Shown here one piece after another: positions 17,053 to 25,564 of a stretch of DNA of 32,000 bases. The number at the start of each line of letters is the position of its first letter. Position 1 is the stretch's first letter. The position numbers and the translations under genes were made by a program. The notes below the pieces were generated by a model that had not been told where the DNA came from, did no database searches, and saw only the letters and a list, made by a program, of their open reading frames with translations. The DNA is from Neisseria mucosa (GTDB lineage: Bacteria; Pseudomonadota; Gammaproteobacteria; Burkholderiales; Neisseriaceae): assembly GCA_003028315.1 (NCBI GenBank), contig CP028150.1:332745-364744 (forward strand), written 5' to 3'.

Positions 17053-17159
17053 TATAGTGGATTAAATTTAAATCAGGACAAGGCGACGAAGCCGCAGACA
17101 GTACAGATAGTACGGCAAGGCAACGCAACGCCGTACTGGTTTAAAGTTAATCCACTATA
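17053..17159. mobile_element. Correia repeat-enclosed element (short ~107-bp form)
   Basis: TATAGTGGATTAAATTTAAATCAGGACAAGGCGACGAAGCCGCAGACAGTACAGATAGTACGG...CAACGCCGTACTGGTTTAAAGTTAATCCACTATA. It has the canonical Correia terminal inverted repeats and TA ends, with the internal segment missing as in the short class. Confidence 0.9.
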
Positions 17160-17202
17160 CAAGGTATTTTTCGTTGAAAATCCCATGTTAGAAAGGACAA
17201 CC

Positions 17203-17520
17203 ATGAGCTTCCAAGACAACCTCGCCGCCATGCCCGACATCGGTCATTTGAGCGGGCTCGACATCCTCGACGCACAAGGCAAAGCCGTCCATCACATCCC
17301 CAACGAGCCCGGCAAGCAAGGCTCGCTGAAACTGTATAACGCTTTGGCATTGAATTTCGGCGGCAAACTCGATGCCGCCGCCGCTGCGCAGGGCTTGGAT
17401 TGGTTTGCCGAACACGTTGCCGATGCGCAAGCCAATCCGGGCAAACATCCCAATATCGATCTGCTGTTGCAAGTGAAAAACGAAAACCTCAGATTGCTTC
17501 TAAAGCCGGTTGAGGCATAA
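17203..17520 (+). CDS. Small conserved hypothetical protein (105 aa)
   Basis: Track ORF 16963..17520 reads through the Correia element, so I trimmed it to the ATG at 17203, which has an AAAGGA SD (an alternative ATG is at 17185). Product [33 protein letters not shown]... I cannot verify the family. Confidence 0.6.
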   Translation: MSFQDNLAAMPDIGHLSGLDILDAQGKAVHHIPNEPGKQGSLKLYNALALNFGGKLDAAAAAQGLDWFAEHVADAQANPGKHPNIDLLLQVKNENLRLLLKPVEA

Positions 17521-17536
17521 GCACTAGATAAGTAAA

Positions 17537-17575
17537 AGGTCGTCTGAAAATGGGATTCCCGTTTTCAGACGACCT
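17537..17575. terminator. Bidirectional inverted DUS pair terminator between convergent genes
   Basis: AGGTCGTCTGAA (17537-17548) pairs with TTCAGACGACCT (17564-17575), with T-runs on both strands. Confidence 0.7.
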
Positions 17576-17590
17576 TTCTTAAGCTTAGGC

Positions 17591-18913
17591 TTACCGTTTG
17601 CCGATATTGTGAAATATCTTGCCCATATCGTTTAAGAAACGGGGTTCGCGCTGTATCAGGTAAACAATCAAGGGGATATTGCCGATGGCGACGATCAGGT
17701 AAAGCAGGGAAATGCTGTCGAACAGCATCAAGAGTACCGCGCTTAAAATGGCAGCCGATACCATGAACACGCCATTGATGATGTTGTTGGCGGCGACGGC
17801 GTGGGCGCGGAAGGATTCGCTGCTGGCGGTTTGCAGCCAAGTGTAGAGCGGGACGGAGAAGAAGCCGCCGAAGAAGCCGATCAGCGTCATGACGAGCATG
17901 ACGGGATACGCCATGCCTTGCGACAGGAACCAGGTGATGCCGTTGAGTTCGGTAAAGCGTTGCCCTTGGGTCAGCCATACCAAAATCAAGCCGAATACGG
18001 TCAAACCCGTCGTGCCGACGGTTACCAAGCCCAAGAGCAGGCGTTCGTGGCTGAGTTTGGCGCACAACACCGAGCCGGCGGCGATGCCGATGGAGAATAG
18101 GGCGAGCATGAGGTTGAAGACGTTGTCGTTGCCGCCCAAATGGATTTGCGTGAAAGTCGGCAGTTGGGTGGTGTACACCGAGCCGATAAACCAAAACCAT
18201 GATATGCCGATGATGGATGTGAAGACGGAATCATATTGCGCGGTTTCGCGTAGGAGCGCGTGCGTACCTTTGACGATGTTCCATTCGATTTTGGTGTTGG
18301 GGGCTTTGGCGGGGACGTTAGGCATGAAGAAGCTGGTCAGCGTGCCGCCGATGGCGACGAGCAAGACTAAGATGCCGACGACGGAGGGCGGCAAGCCTGC
18401 GACGGACGTGCCTAAAATCTGACCGAACAAAATGGCGATGAATGTTCCTGATTCGATCAGGCTGTTGCCCATAATCAGCTCTTTGTCGTTGAGGTAATCG
18501 GGCAGGATGGCGTATTTCAGCGGGCCGAACAGCGTCGATTGTGCGCCCATGCAAAACAGACAGACCAAGAGCAGCGGGGCGGACTGGATATAGAAGCCGA
18601 ACGCCGCCACCGCCATGATGACGATTTCCAATACTTTGATCCATCGCGCCAAGACGGCTTTGTCGAATTTGGTGCTCAGTTGTCCCGACAGTGCGGAAAA
18701 CAGGAAATACGGCAGGATAAACAGCAACGCGCCCAAGTTCAGCATTTGGCTGGCGGGCAGGAAGTTGTTTTTGCCCAAACCGTAGAAGCTGATCATCACA
18801 AACAGCGCGGTTTTGAACATATTGTCGTTGAACGCGCCCAGAAACTGCGTGCCGAATAATGGGGCGAAACGGCGGCTGGTCGGGAAATTCAGATTGTCTT
18901 TTTTGAGGCTCAT
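17591..18913 (-). CDS. MFS transporter, LplT-like (lysophospholipid transporter family)
   Basis: 440 aa, about 12 TM. N-terminus FAPLFGTQFLGAFNDNMFKTALF and the GPLKYAILPDYL..GNSLIESGTFIAILFG pattern resemble E. coli LplT. Confidence 0.7.
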   Translation of the reverse strand: MSLKKDNLNFPTSRRFAPLFGTQFLGAFNDNMFKTALFVMISFYGLGKNNFLPASQMLNLGALLFILPYFLFSALSGQLSTKFDKAVLARWIKVLEIVIMAVAAFGFYIQSAPLLLVCLFCMGAQSTLFGPLKYAILPDYLNDKELIMGNSLIESGTFIAILFGQILGTSVAGLPPSVVGILVLLVAIGGTLTSFFMPNVPAKAPNTKIEWNIVKGTHALLRETAQYDSVFTSIIGISWFWFIGSVYTTQLPTFTQIHLGGNDNVFNLMLALFSIGIAAGSVLCAKLSHERLLLGLVTVGTTGLTVFGLILVWLTQGQRFTELNGITWFLSQGMAYPVMLVMTLIGFFGGFFSVPLYTWLQTASSESFRAHAVAANNIINGVFMVSAAILSAVLLMLFDSISLLYLIVAIGNIPLIVYLIQREPRFLNDMGKIFHNIGKR

Positions 18914-19107
18914 TTTTCGGATTCTTGTTCTTCTTTTTCTATTTCGTTTTCAAGCAGTTTGTCGGTGGAATCGTCGTCCATCAGGATGCGGTGTGCCGGT
19001 CCTTCGAGATCGTCAAACTGCCCGTTTTTGCCCGACCACCAGAAAAAATAGCCGATGGCAAACGCCAAAATAATGCTGATGGGCACTAAGATAAACATAC
19101 TTTCCAT
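18910..19107 (-). CDS. ccoS: cbb3-type cytochrome oxidase maturation protein CcoS/FixS
   Basis: MESMFILVPISIILAFAIGYFFWWSGKNGQFDDLEGPAHRILMDDD: single TM plus the conserved QFDDLEGPAHRIL motif. The ATG at 19107 shares its A with the upstream TGA. Its own TGA overlaps the next ATG (ATGA). Confidence 0.85.
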   Translation of the reverse strand: MESMFILVPISIILAFAIGYFFWWSGKNGQFDDLEGPAHRILMDDDSTDKLLENEIEKEEQESEK

Positions 19108-19454
19108 CACATCGCTCCGGTCAAATCGGTTAAGACAAAAGTCTGTCCCGATACGGTCAGATATTCGTTGCGCAGCGAGCCGACGGGGGCGTCGTCAAAA
19201 AACAGCTCGATACGGTCTTTCACGACGCGCCAATATTGCGGAATCTCGGTTTGCCCGAAAGGCGCCAAAACCTCCGCCGCCACGCCTTCTTCACTTTGCA
19301 ACTTGACAGCGAAACGTCCGCTCTGCGGCTGCGTTTCGGATTCATCATCCGGCAGCATGATGAAAAAGCCCACATGGGCGCCTTGTTGCGTATGGATACT
19401 GAAATAGTGCATATCAAAGAATCTTAAAAGGCTGCCGCTGTTTTCAGACGACAT
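19107..19454 (-). CDS. Hypothetical protein translationally coupled to ccoS
   Basis: 115 aa with no recognisable motif and no clear SD. Support comes from the stop/start overlap with ccoS and the lack of a competing ORF. Confidence 0.45.
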   Translation of the reverse strand: MSSENSGSLLRFFDMHYFSIHTQQGAHVGFFIMLPDDESETQPQSGRFAVKLQSEEGVAAEVLAPFGQTEIPQYWRVVKDRIELFFDDAPVGSLRNEYLTVSGQTFVLTDLTGAM

Positions 19455-19934
19455 AGTGAATACAAAAACTTTCTAAATGTAACAGTTTGACACGCCCCTG
19501 CAAAGGGCTTTACGCCCCCGCGTTCGACAGGTTGTCTGAAAACAAACCGTTTCCCTTTAAACATCAATATCTTCTTTTATCGCTTTCCGCCTGCTCCAAG
19601 TTAAACATTAAGCCAAGCAGCCGCCCCCGTTTTTTGCTAGAATAGAGCGGTTTACATTCATCAACCGATTTCAGACGACCCCGTCCAACCGGCGGCGGCA
19701 GAAACCACACGGAAAGCAATATTCATAAAGTTGCCCCATTCCGAATGTAGCAATCATTTTTCTTTCATAGATTTTACGCCACCAACCGATACGGCCTGCC
19801 GCGCAGATGCCCGGCTCGAACCTCAAGCGCATCCACTATGCCTGCGGGAGGTGTTTGGCGGTATATCTACGACAAAGAACAGATTGCCGATACTGCCCGC
19901 ACAGGTCGTCTGAAACATCCAGGAGCCACAACAA

Positions 19935-21131
19935 ATGACCCAAAAACTCATCTTAGTTTTGAACTGCGGCAGCTCATCCCTCAAAGGCGCCGTGCTGGAT
20001 AACGACAGCGGCGAAGTCCTGCTCAGCTGCCTTGCCGAAAAACTCAACCTGCCCGACGCTTACATCACGTTCAAAGTAAACGGCGAAAAACACAAAGTCG
20101 ACCTGTCCGCCAAGCCCGACCACACCGGCGCAGTTGAAGCCCTGATGGAGGAACTCAAAGCCCACGGCCTCGACAGCCGCATCGGCGCTATCGGCCACCG
20201 CGTCGTCAGCGGCGGCGAACTGTACAGCGAATCCATCCTCGTTGACGACGAAGTCATCGCCGGCATCGAAAAATGTATCCCGCTCGCCCCGCTGCACAAC
20301 CCCGCGCACCTCTTGGGCCTGCGTGCCGCACAAAGCATTTTCAAAGGCCTGCCCAACGTTGTCGTGTTCGACACCGCCTTCCACCAAACCATGCCGGAAC
20401 ACGCCTACACATACGCGATTCCGCATGAACTGTATGAAAAATACGGCTTGCGCCGCTACGGCGCACACGGTACCAGCTACCGCTACGTTTCTGATGAAAC
20501 CGCCCGTTTCCTCGGCAAAGATAAAAAAGACCTGCGCATGGTGATTGCCCACTTGGGTAACGGCGCGTCCATTACCGCCGTCGCCAACGGCGAATCACGC
20601 GATACCAGCATGGGCCTGACCCCGCTGGAAGGCCTCGTGATGGGTACGCGCAGTGGCGACATCGATCCCGCAGTCTTCGGCTTCCTCGCTGAAAACGCCA
20701 ACATGACCATCACCCAAATCACCGACATGCTGAACAAAAAATCCGGCCTGCTCGGCTTGTCCGGCCTGTCCAATGACTGCCGTACCATCGAAGAAGAATC
20801 CGGCAAAGGCCATCCCGGCGCGAAACTCGCCCTGGACGTCTTCATCTACCGCCTCGCCAAATACATCGGCAGCATGGCTGTGGCAGCCGGCGGCCTGGAC
20901 GTGCTCGTCTTCACCGGCGGTATCGGCGAAAACTCCGACATCATCCGCGAGCGCGTACTCGGCTACTTGGGCTTCCTCGGTCTGAAAGCCGACCACGAAG
21001 CCAACCTGAAAGCCCGCTTCGGTAACGCAGGCGTGATTACGACTGCCGACAGCGCAGCCGTCGCCGTTGTTATCCCGACCAACGAAGAATTGATGATTGC
21101 ACACGACACCGCCCGTTTGAGCGGTCTGTAA
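19935..21131 (+). CDS. ackA: Acetate kinase
   Basis: 398 aa. LVLNCGSSSLK N-terminus, HRVVSGG, VFDTAFHQTMP, AHLGNGASI, FTGGIGENS. AGGAG SD. Confidence 0.95.
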   Translation: MTQKLILVLNCGSSSLKGAVLDNDSGEVLLSCLAEKLNLPDAYITFKVNGEKHKVDLSAKPDHTGAVEALMEELKAHGLDSRIGAIGHRVVSGGELYSESILVDDEVIAGIEKCIPLAPLHNPAHLLGLRAAQSIFKGLPNVVVFDTAFHQTMPEHAYTYAIPHELYEKYGLRRYGAHGTSYRYVSDETARFLGKDKKDLRMVIAHLGNGASITAVANGESRDTSMGLTPLEGLVMGTRSGDIDPAVFGFLAENANMTITQITDMLNKKSGLLGLSGLSNDCRTIEEESGKGHPGAKLALDVFIYRLAKYIGSMAVAAGGLDVLVFTGGIGENSDIIRERVLGYLGFLGLKADHEANLKARFGNAGVITTADSAAVAVVIPTNEELMIAHDTARLSGL

Positions 21132-21153
21132 TAAGCGAGTCATCCGATAAAAA

Positions 21154-21179
21154 ACCTGCCGTTTTTGGCAGGTTTTTTT
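21154..21179 (+). terminator. Intrinsic terminator of ackA
   Basis: ACCTGCC-gttttt-GGCAGGT followed by T7. Confidence 0.85.
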
Positions 21180-21266
21180 GTTGCCGACTGTTTTCAGACG
21201 ATCTATTTGGAAGGTGTTGTAAATAAAATAATAAAAATCAGATGTATAAAATTTCAATAAGAAAAA

Positions 21267-21319
21267 TTTGAATAAATATAGAAAATCTTATTCAAACTAT
21301 AAAAAATCTTAGTTATAAT
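21267..21319 (+). promoter_or_regulatory. recN promoter with overlapping palindromic operator candidate
   Basis: TTCAAA (21291-21296), 17 nt, TATAAT (21314-21319). The palindrome TTTGAATAA (21267-21275)-N12-TTATTCAAA (21288-21296) covers the -35. Confidence 0.45.
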
Positions 21320-21375
21320 CAGCATATCTAAAGTTATGCCGCCGATGCGCGGTCGATTTACTAAGGAACACTACC

Positions 21376-23037
21376 ATGCTGTTGGCACTTTCCCTGCGCG
21401 ATTTTGTCATTGTTGAAAACCTCAATCTGGATTTCCAAAGCGGTTTTACCGTCTTGACCGGCGAAACAGGCGCGGGCAAATCGATTACGTTGGATGCAAT
21501 CGGGCTTTTGTTGGGCGACAAAGCCGATTACAGCCAAGTCCGCAGCGGCGCGAAGGAAGCGCAGTTGTCGGCATTGTTCGACATCAGCCTTTTGCCCGAA
21601 CTTAAAGCCCAATTGCAGGAGCAGGGTTTTTTGGACGAAGACGCGGAAGAACTCAGCATCCGCCGCATCATCGACGCCAAAGGAAAAAGCCGCAGCTTCA
21701 TCAATAATCAGGCAGCCACGTTGGCACAGCTTAAAGCAGTCGGCGGGCAGCTTATCGACATCCACGGGCAAAACGCCCACCATTCCCTCAATCAAGAATC
21801 CGCCCAGCGCGAATTGTTGGACGCATTTGCAGGCAGTAAGGCGCAGGCGGAAACCGTCAGACAGCTTTATCAAAACTGGGTCAATGCGAAAAAAGCCCTC
21901 CAAGAGGCGCAGGAACACGCCGAGACCATCATTATCGAGCGTGAGCGTTTGGAATGGCAGTTCAACGAATTGAACCAGTTAGACGTCAAACAAGGCGAAT
22001 GGGAAGCCCTCAGCCAAAGCCACGACAGCCTTGCCCATTCTGCCGAGCTGTTGCAAGCCGCCGAAGAAGTCGGCGACTACATTGATGGCGACAACGGCAT
22101 CCAACGCCAAATTTATCAATGCCAAAAGCTATTGACCAATCTGCAAAACATCGAGCCGCGCTTTGCCGAAAGCCTGAATATGCTGGCGAGCATTGAAGCC
22201 GAATTGGGCGAAATCAGTGCCAATATGCGCGACGTCGCAGGCCGAAGCGACATCGATCCCAATGAATTGGCGGCGCAGGAGCAGCGCATGGGCGAGCTGA
22301 TGGGGATGGCGCGGAAATACCGCATCGAGCCTGAAGCCCTGCCGCAAAAGCTGGCTGAAATCGACGAGCGCCTGCAAAGCCTGCAAGCCGCTGCCGATTT
22401 GGAAGCGTTGGCGCAAACCGTTGCCCGCAACCTTGTCGAATATCAGGAAGCCGCCCATGTTCTTTCCGCCATGCGCCATCAGGCGGCGGGCAGGTTGGGC
22501 GAGGAAACGACCGGACATATGCAGCATCTCGCCATGAAAGGCGCGCGTTTCGACATCGTCCTGCTGCCGTCTTCGCCCACAGCGCACGGTTTGGAGCAGG
22601 TACAGTTCCAAGTTGCCGCCAACAAAGGCAATCCGTCCCGTCCGCTGAACAAAGTCGCCTCTGGCGGCGAACTTGCCCGCATCAGCCTTGCCTTGCAGGT
22701 GGTCACCAGCCAATACACGCAAGTCCCCACGCTGATTTTTGACGAAGTTGATACCGGTATCGGCGGCGGCGTGGCAGAAATGGTCGGCAAAGCCCTGCGT
22801 GCTTTGGGTAAAAAACATCAGGTGCTCGCCGTGACCCACCTGCCGCAAGTCGCTTCCTGCGGTGAAAACCATTGGCAGGTGCGCAAACACAGCGAAGGCG
22901 AACAAACTGTCAGCGAAATCAGCGTGTTGGACCATCAGCAGCGTATCGAAGAAATCGCCCGTATGCTTGGCGGCGAAATCATTACCGACACGACCCGCAG
23001 CCATGCGGCAGAGTTAATCAGCCTTGCCGCCGCTTAA
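21376..23037 (+). CDS. recN: DNA repair protein RecN
   Basis: 553 aa. N-terminal Walker A LTGETGAGKS, long coiled-coil, C-terminal SMC signature ASGGELARISLAL and Walker B LIFDEVDTGIGG. Confidence 0.95.
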   Translation: MLLALSLRDFVIVENLNLDFQSGFTVLTGETGAGKSITLDAIGLLLGDKADYSQVRSGAKEAQLSALFDISLLPELKAQLQEQGFLDEDAEELSIRRIIDAKGKSRSFINNQAATLAQLKAVGGQLIDIHGQNAHHSLNQESAQRELLDAFAGSKAQAETVRQLYQNWVNAKKALQEAQEHAETIIIERERLEWQFNELNQLDVKQGEWEALSQSHDSLAHSAELLQAAEEVGDYIDGDNGIQRQIYQCQKLLTNLQNIEPRFAESLNMLASIEAELGEISANMRDVAGRSDIDPNELAAQEQRMGELMGMARKYRIEPEALPQKLAEIDERLQSLQAAADLEALAQTVARNLVEYQEAAHVLSAMRHQAAGRLGEETTGHMQHLAMKGARFDIVLLPSSPTAHGLEQVQFQVAANKGNPSRPLNKVASGGELARISLALQVVTSQYTQVPTLIFDEVDTGIGGGVAEMVGKALRALGKKHQVLAVTHLPQVASCGENHWQVRKHSEGEQTVSEISVLDHQQRIEEIARMLGGEIITDTTRSHAAELISLAAA

Positions 23038-23051
23038 ACTCAGAATCGGAG

Positions 23052-23143
23052 AGGTCGTCTGAAAAGGAAGTTTGTGTAACCATTCACAAACTGCTTTTCA
23101 GACGACCTCTTTGCCAAACCGCCTGCGCCCTTTCAGACGACCT
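23052..23143 (+). terminator. Long DUS-pair hairpin terminator of recN plus a third DUS
   Basis: AGGTCGTCTGAA (23052-23063) pairs with TTCAGACGACCT (23097-23108), enclosing the inner stem TTTGTG/CACAAA. An extra TTCAGACGACCT lies at 23132-23143. Confidence 0.65.
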
Positions 23144-23187
23144 CAATACAAGGTATGATTACGTCGTTTGTTTATAAGGAAGTTCCC

Positions 23188-24144
23188 ATGAAAGTCCTGT
23201 TTATTGCCGATCCGATGGCAAGTTTCAAAACCTACAAAGACACCACCTACGCCATGATGCGCGAGATGGCAAAACGCGGCTGGCAGCTTTTCCATACCTT
23301 GAGCGGCGAATTGTCCGTACAGCAAGGATTGGTGACAGCTCAGGCTGCACCGTTTGAGTTTCTCGGTGCAAAAAGCGACGATGACCATGAATGGTTTAAA
23401 GCGGCAGACAAAGTTCAGACGACCTTGAAAGACTTCGATGCCGTCATTATGCGCACCGACCCGCCGTTCGATATGCAATACCTCTACGCTACCCAATTCC
23501 TGACGCTGGCCGAACAGCAGGGCGCGAAGGTCTTTAACAGCGGGCAGGCGATGCGCGACTTCAATGAAAAACTGGCGATTTTGAATTTCAGCCAGTTCAC
23601 TGCGCCTACGCTGGTTACGACCCGTTCCGCCGATGTCCGCGCATTTTTGAAAGAACACGGCGACATCATCATCAAACCGCTGGACGGCATGGGCGGCATG
23701 GGCATTTTCCGCCTGACCGAAAAAGACCCCAACATCGGCAGCATCCTCGAAACCCTGATGCAGCTTGATTCCCGCACCATCATGGCGCAACGCTACATCC
23801 CCGAAATCATCCACGGCGATAAACGCATCCTGATTATCGGCGGCGAAGTCGTCCCCTATGCTTTGGCGCGTATTCCGCAAAACGGCGAAACGCGCGGCAA
23901 CCTTGCGGCAGGCGGACGCGGCGTGGCGCAGGAATTGAGCGAACGCGACCGAGAAATCGCCGAAACCCTCGCCCCCGAACTCAAACGCCGCGGCATCTTG
24001 TTGGCAGGTTTGGACGTCATCGGCCGCAACCTGACCGAAGTCAACGTTACCAGCCCGACCGGTTTCCAAGAAATCATGAAACAAAAAAACTTCGACGTCG
24101 CCGCGATGTTTGCCGACGCTGTCGAAGCTTGGTCCAAACAATAA
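23188..24144 (+). CDS. gshB: Glutathione synthetase
   Basis: Trimmed to the ATG at 23188 (AAGGAAG SD). MKVLFIADPMASFKTYKDTTYAMMRE, ATP-grasp part IIKPLDGMGGMGIF, NLAAGG, EVNVTSPT. Confidence 0.93.
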   Translation: MKVLFIADPMASFKTYKDTTYAMMREMAKRGWQLFHTLSGELSVQQGLVTAQAAPFEFLGAKSDDDHEWFKAADKVQTTLKDFDAVIMRTDPPFDMQYLYATQFLTLAEQQGAKVFNSGQAMRDFNEKLAILNFSQFTAPTLVTTRSADVRAFLKEHGDIIIKPLDGMGGMGIFRLTEKDPNIGSILETLMQLDSRTIMAQRYIPEIIHGDKRILIIGGEVVPYALARIPQNGETRGNLAAGGRGVAQELSERDREIAETLAPELKRRGILLAGLDVIGRNLTEVNVTSPTGFQEIMKQKNFDVAAMFADAVEAWSKQ

Positions 24145-24151
24145 TCCCGAA

Positions 24152-24260
24152 AGGTCGTCTGAAATCCGAATCTGTTTTAGTAAAACCCGCTTTGCTCGTT
24201 TTAGCGAAACTCGCTGCGCTCGTTTTGGCGAAACTCGCTTCGCTCGTTTTCAGACGACCC
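24152..24260. repeat. Inverted DUS pair enclosing 2.6 copies of a 24-bp tandem repeat
   Basis: AGGTCGTCTGAA (24152-24163) and TTCAGACGACCC (24249-24260). Units: CGCTTTGCTCGTTTTAGCGAAACT (24188-24211), CGCTGCGCTCGTTTTGGCGAAACT (24212-24235), CGCTTCGCTCGTTTT (24236-24250). Confidence 0.85.
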
Positions 24261-24297
24261 CTTTTTACAAATATAAATATTGATACAAACATTACTT

Positions 24298-24690
24298 ATG
24301 AAACCATCTTCTTACGCTGCCGATAAAAAAGGTAAAAGCGGTATCAAACGCATCATCAACGCATTCGGCTATTCCAAAGACGGGCTTGCCGCCGCCTACC
24401 GCTATGAAAGCGCGTTCCGCCAAGTATTGTGGCTGAACCTGATTTTGATTGTCTTGACCTTCATCCTCAATTTCGACTCCGCGACCAAAATGCTGCTGAT
24501 TATTGCGTCGTTTGTTTCGCTGATTACCGAATTGTTCAACACCGCCGTCGAAGCCGCCGTCGATCACACTTCCACCGAAAAACACGAGTTGGCAAAACGC
24601 GCCAAAGATGCCGGCTCCGCCGCGCAATTGCTCGCTTTGACGATGTTGGGTATCGTGTGGGCGATCGCATTATGGCGCGGGTATGTTTAA
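24298..24690 (+). CDS. dgkA: Diacylglycerol kinase
   Basis: Trimmed to the ATG at 24298. 130 aa, 3 TM. GIKRIINAFGYSKDGLAAAYRYESAFRQ and ELFNTAVEAAVD motifs. Confidence 0.9.
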   Translation: MKPSSYAADKKGKSGIKRIINAFGYSKDGLAAAYRYESAFRQVLWLNLILIVLTFILNFDSATKMLLIIASFVSLITELFNTAVEAAVDHTSTEKHELAKRAKDAGSAAQLLALTMLGIVWAIALWRGYV

Positions 24691-24883
24691 ATTTACTTTG
24701 AGATGATTTATACTTACTAAGTATTAATTCTCATGAATTAATTTGAATCATTTTGTTTAATCTGAGTCAAAGCATTCAGACGACCATTGCATGTAGGATG
24801 AGAACAGTATTACCGACATGCAATGTCGCGCGGAAAGCTTTTGCCGCAACAAAACCACCCATTTCATCATAAAGGAGCAATAC

Positions 24884-25363
24884 ATGAAAAAATTATTGGC
24901 AACCCTGATCGCAGCAGGTTTGGTATCCACCGCTTCCGCAGCCGGTGTTCACGTTGAAGACGGTTGGGCGCGTTCTACTGTCGAAGGCATGAAAATGGGC
25001 GGTGCGTTCATGAAGATCCACAACGATGAAGCCAAACAAGACTTCTTGGTCGGTGGCAGCAGCCCGGTAGCCGACCGCGTTGAAGTGCATACCCATGTAA
25101 ACGACAACGGCGTAATGCGCATGCGCGAAGTTAAAGGCGGCATCCCGCTGGAAGCAAAAGGCGTAACCGAGCTGAAACCGGGCAGCTACCACGTTATGTT
25201 CATGGGTCTGAAAAAACCGCTGAAAGAAGGCGAAAAAGTACCTGTTACCCTGAAATTCAAAAATGCCAAACCTCAAACCGTACAACTGGAAGTGAAAACC
25301 GCACCGCAATCCGGCATGGACCACGGTCACGGCCATGGTCACGGTGGCGCACATCAACACTAA
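24884..25363 (+). CDS. Periplasmic copper chaperone PCu(A)C (DUF461) with His-rich tail
   Basis: Trimmed to the ATG at 24884 (AAAGGAG SD). Signal peptide MKKLLATLIAAGLVSTASA, H(M)X10MX21HXM-type region (AFMKIHN..VEVHTHV..MRMREV), YHVMFMGLK, C-terminal MDHGHGHGHGGAHQH. Resembles the gonococcal AccA-type chaperone. Confidence 0.85.
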   Translation: MKKLLATLIAAGLVSTASAAGVHVEDGWARSTVEGMKMGGAFMKIHNDEAKQDFLVGGSSPVADRVEVHTHVNDNGVMRMREVKGGIPLEAKGVTELKPGSYHVMFMGLKKPLKEGEKVPVTLKFKNAKPQTVQLEVKTAPQSGMDHGHGHGHGGAHQH

Positions 25364-25385
25364 TCGTTCATAGTTTGAACTCAAA

Positions 25386-25418
25386 AGGTCGTCTGAATAT
25401 TTTCAGACGACCTTTTTG
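25386..25418 (+). terminator. Inverted DUS pair terminator
   Basis: AGGTCGTCTGAA (25386-25397) pairs with TTCAGACGACCT (25402-25413), followed by TTTTGTT. Confidence 0.7.
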
Positions 25419-25564
25419 TTATTTTGGTTGAGTAAATTCAATCATTTCTTGCGGTATGAAATTCATCCGAACGCCATTTCTCTTTTAGGGCCTTCCTTAT
25501 CCCTTCATCAAAATGTGCTAAAATCCGCCTTTAAAAACTGCTGTTTCCTACCCATATCCCCTTT

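Noticed and set aside
16963-17202. N-terminal 80 codons of the 185-aa track ORF
   Set aside because: This part is a read-through of the Correia element (17053-17159). The real gene most likely starts at 17203, behind an AAAGGA SD.
19731-19913. 60-aa + ORF in the ackA upstream region
   Set aside because: Non-ATG start, no SD and an implausible composition. I treat the region as non-coding.
24188-24250. Possible CRISPR array
   Set aside because: The units are directly abutting 24-bp tandem copies with no spacers, and there are only 2.6 of them. No CRISPR array is present anywhere in the window.
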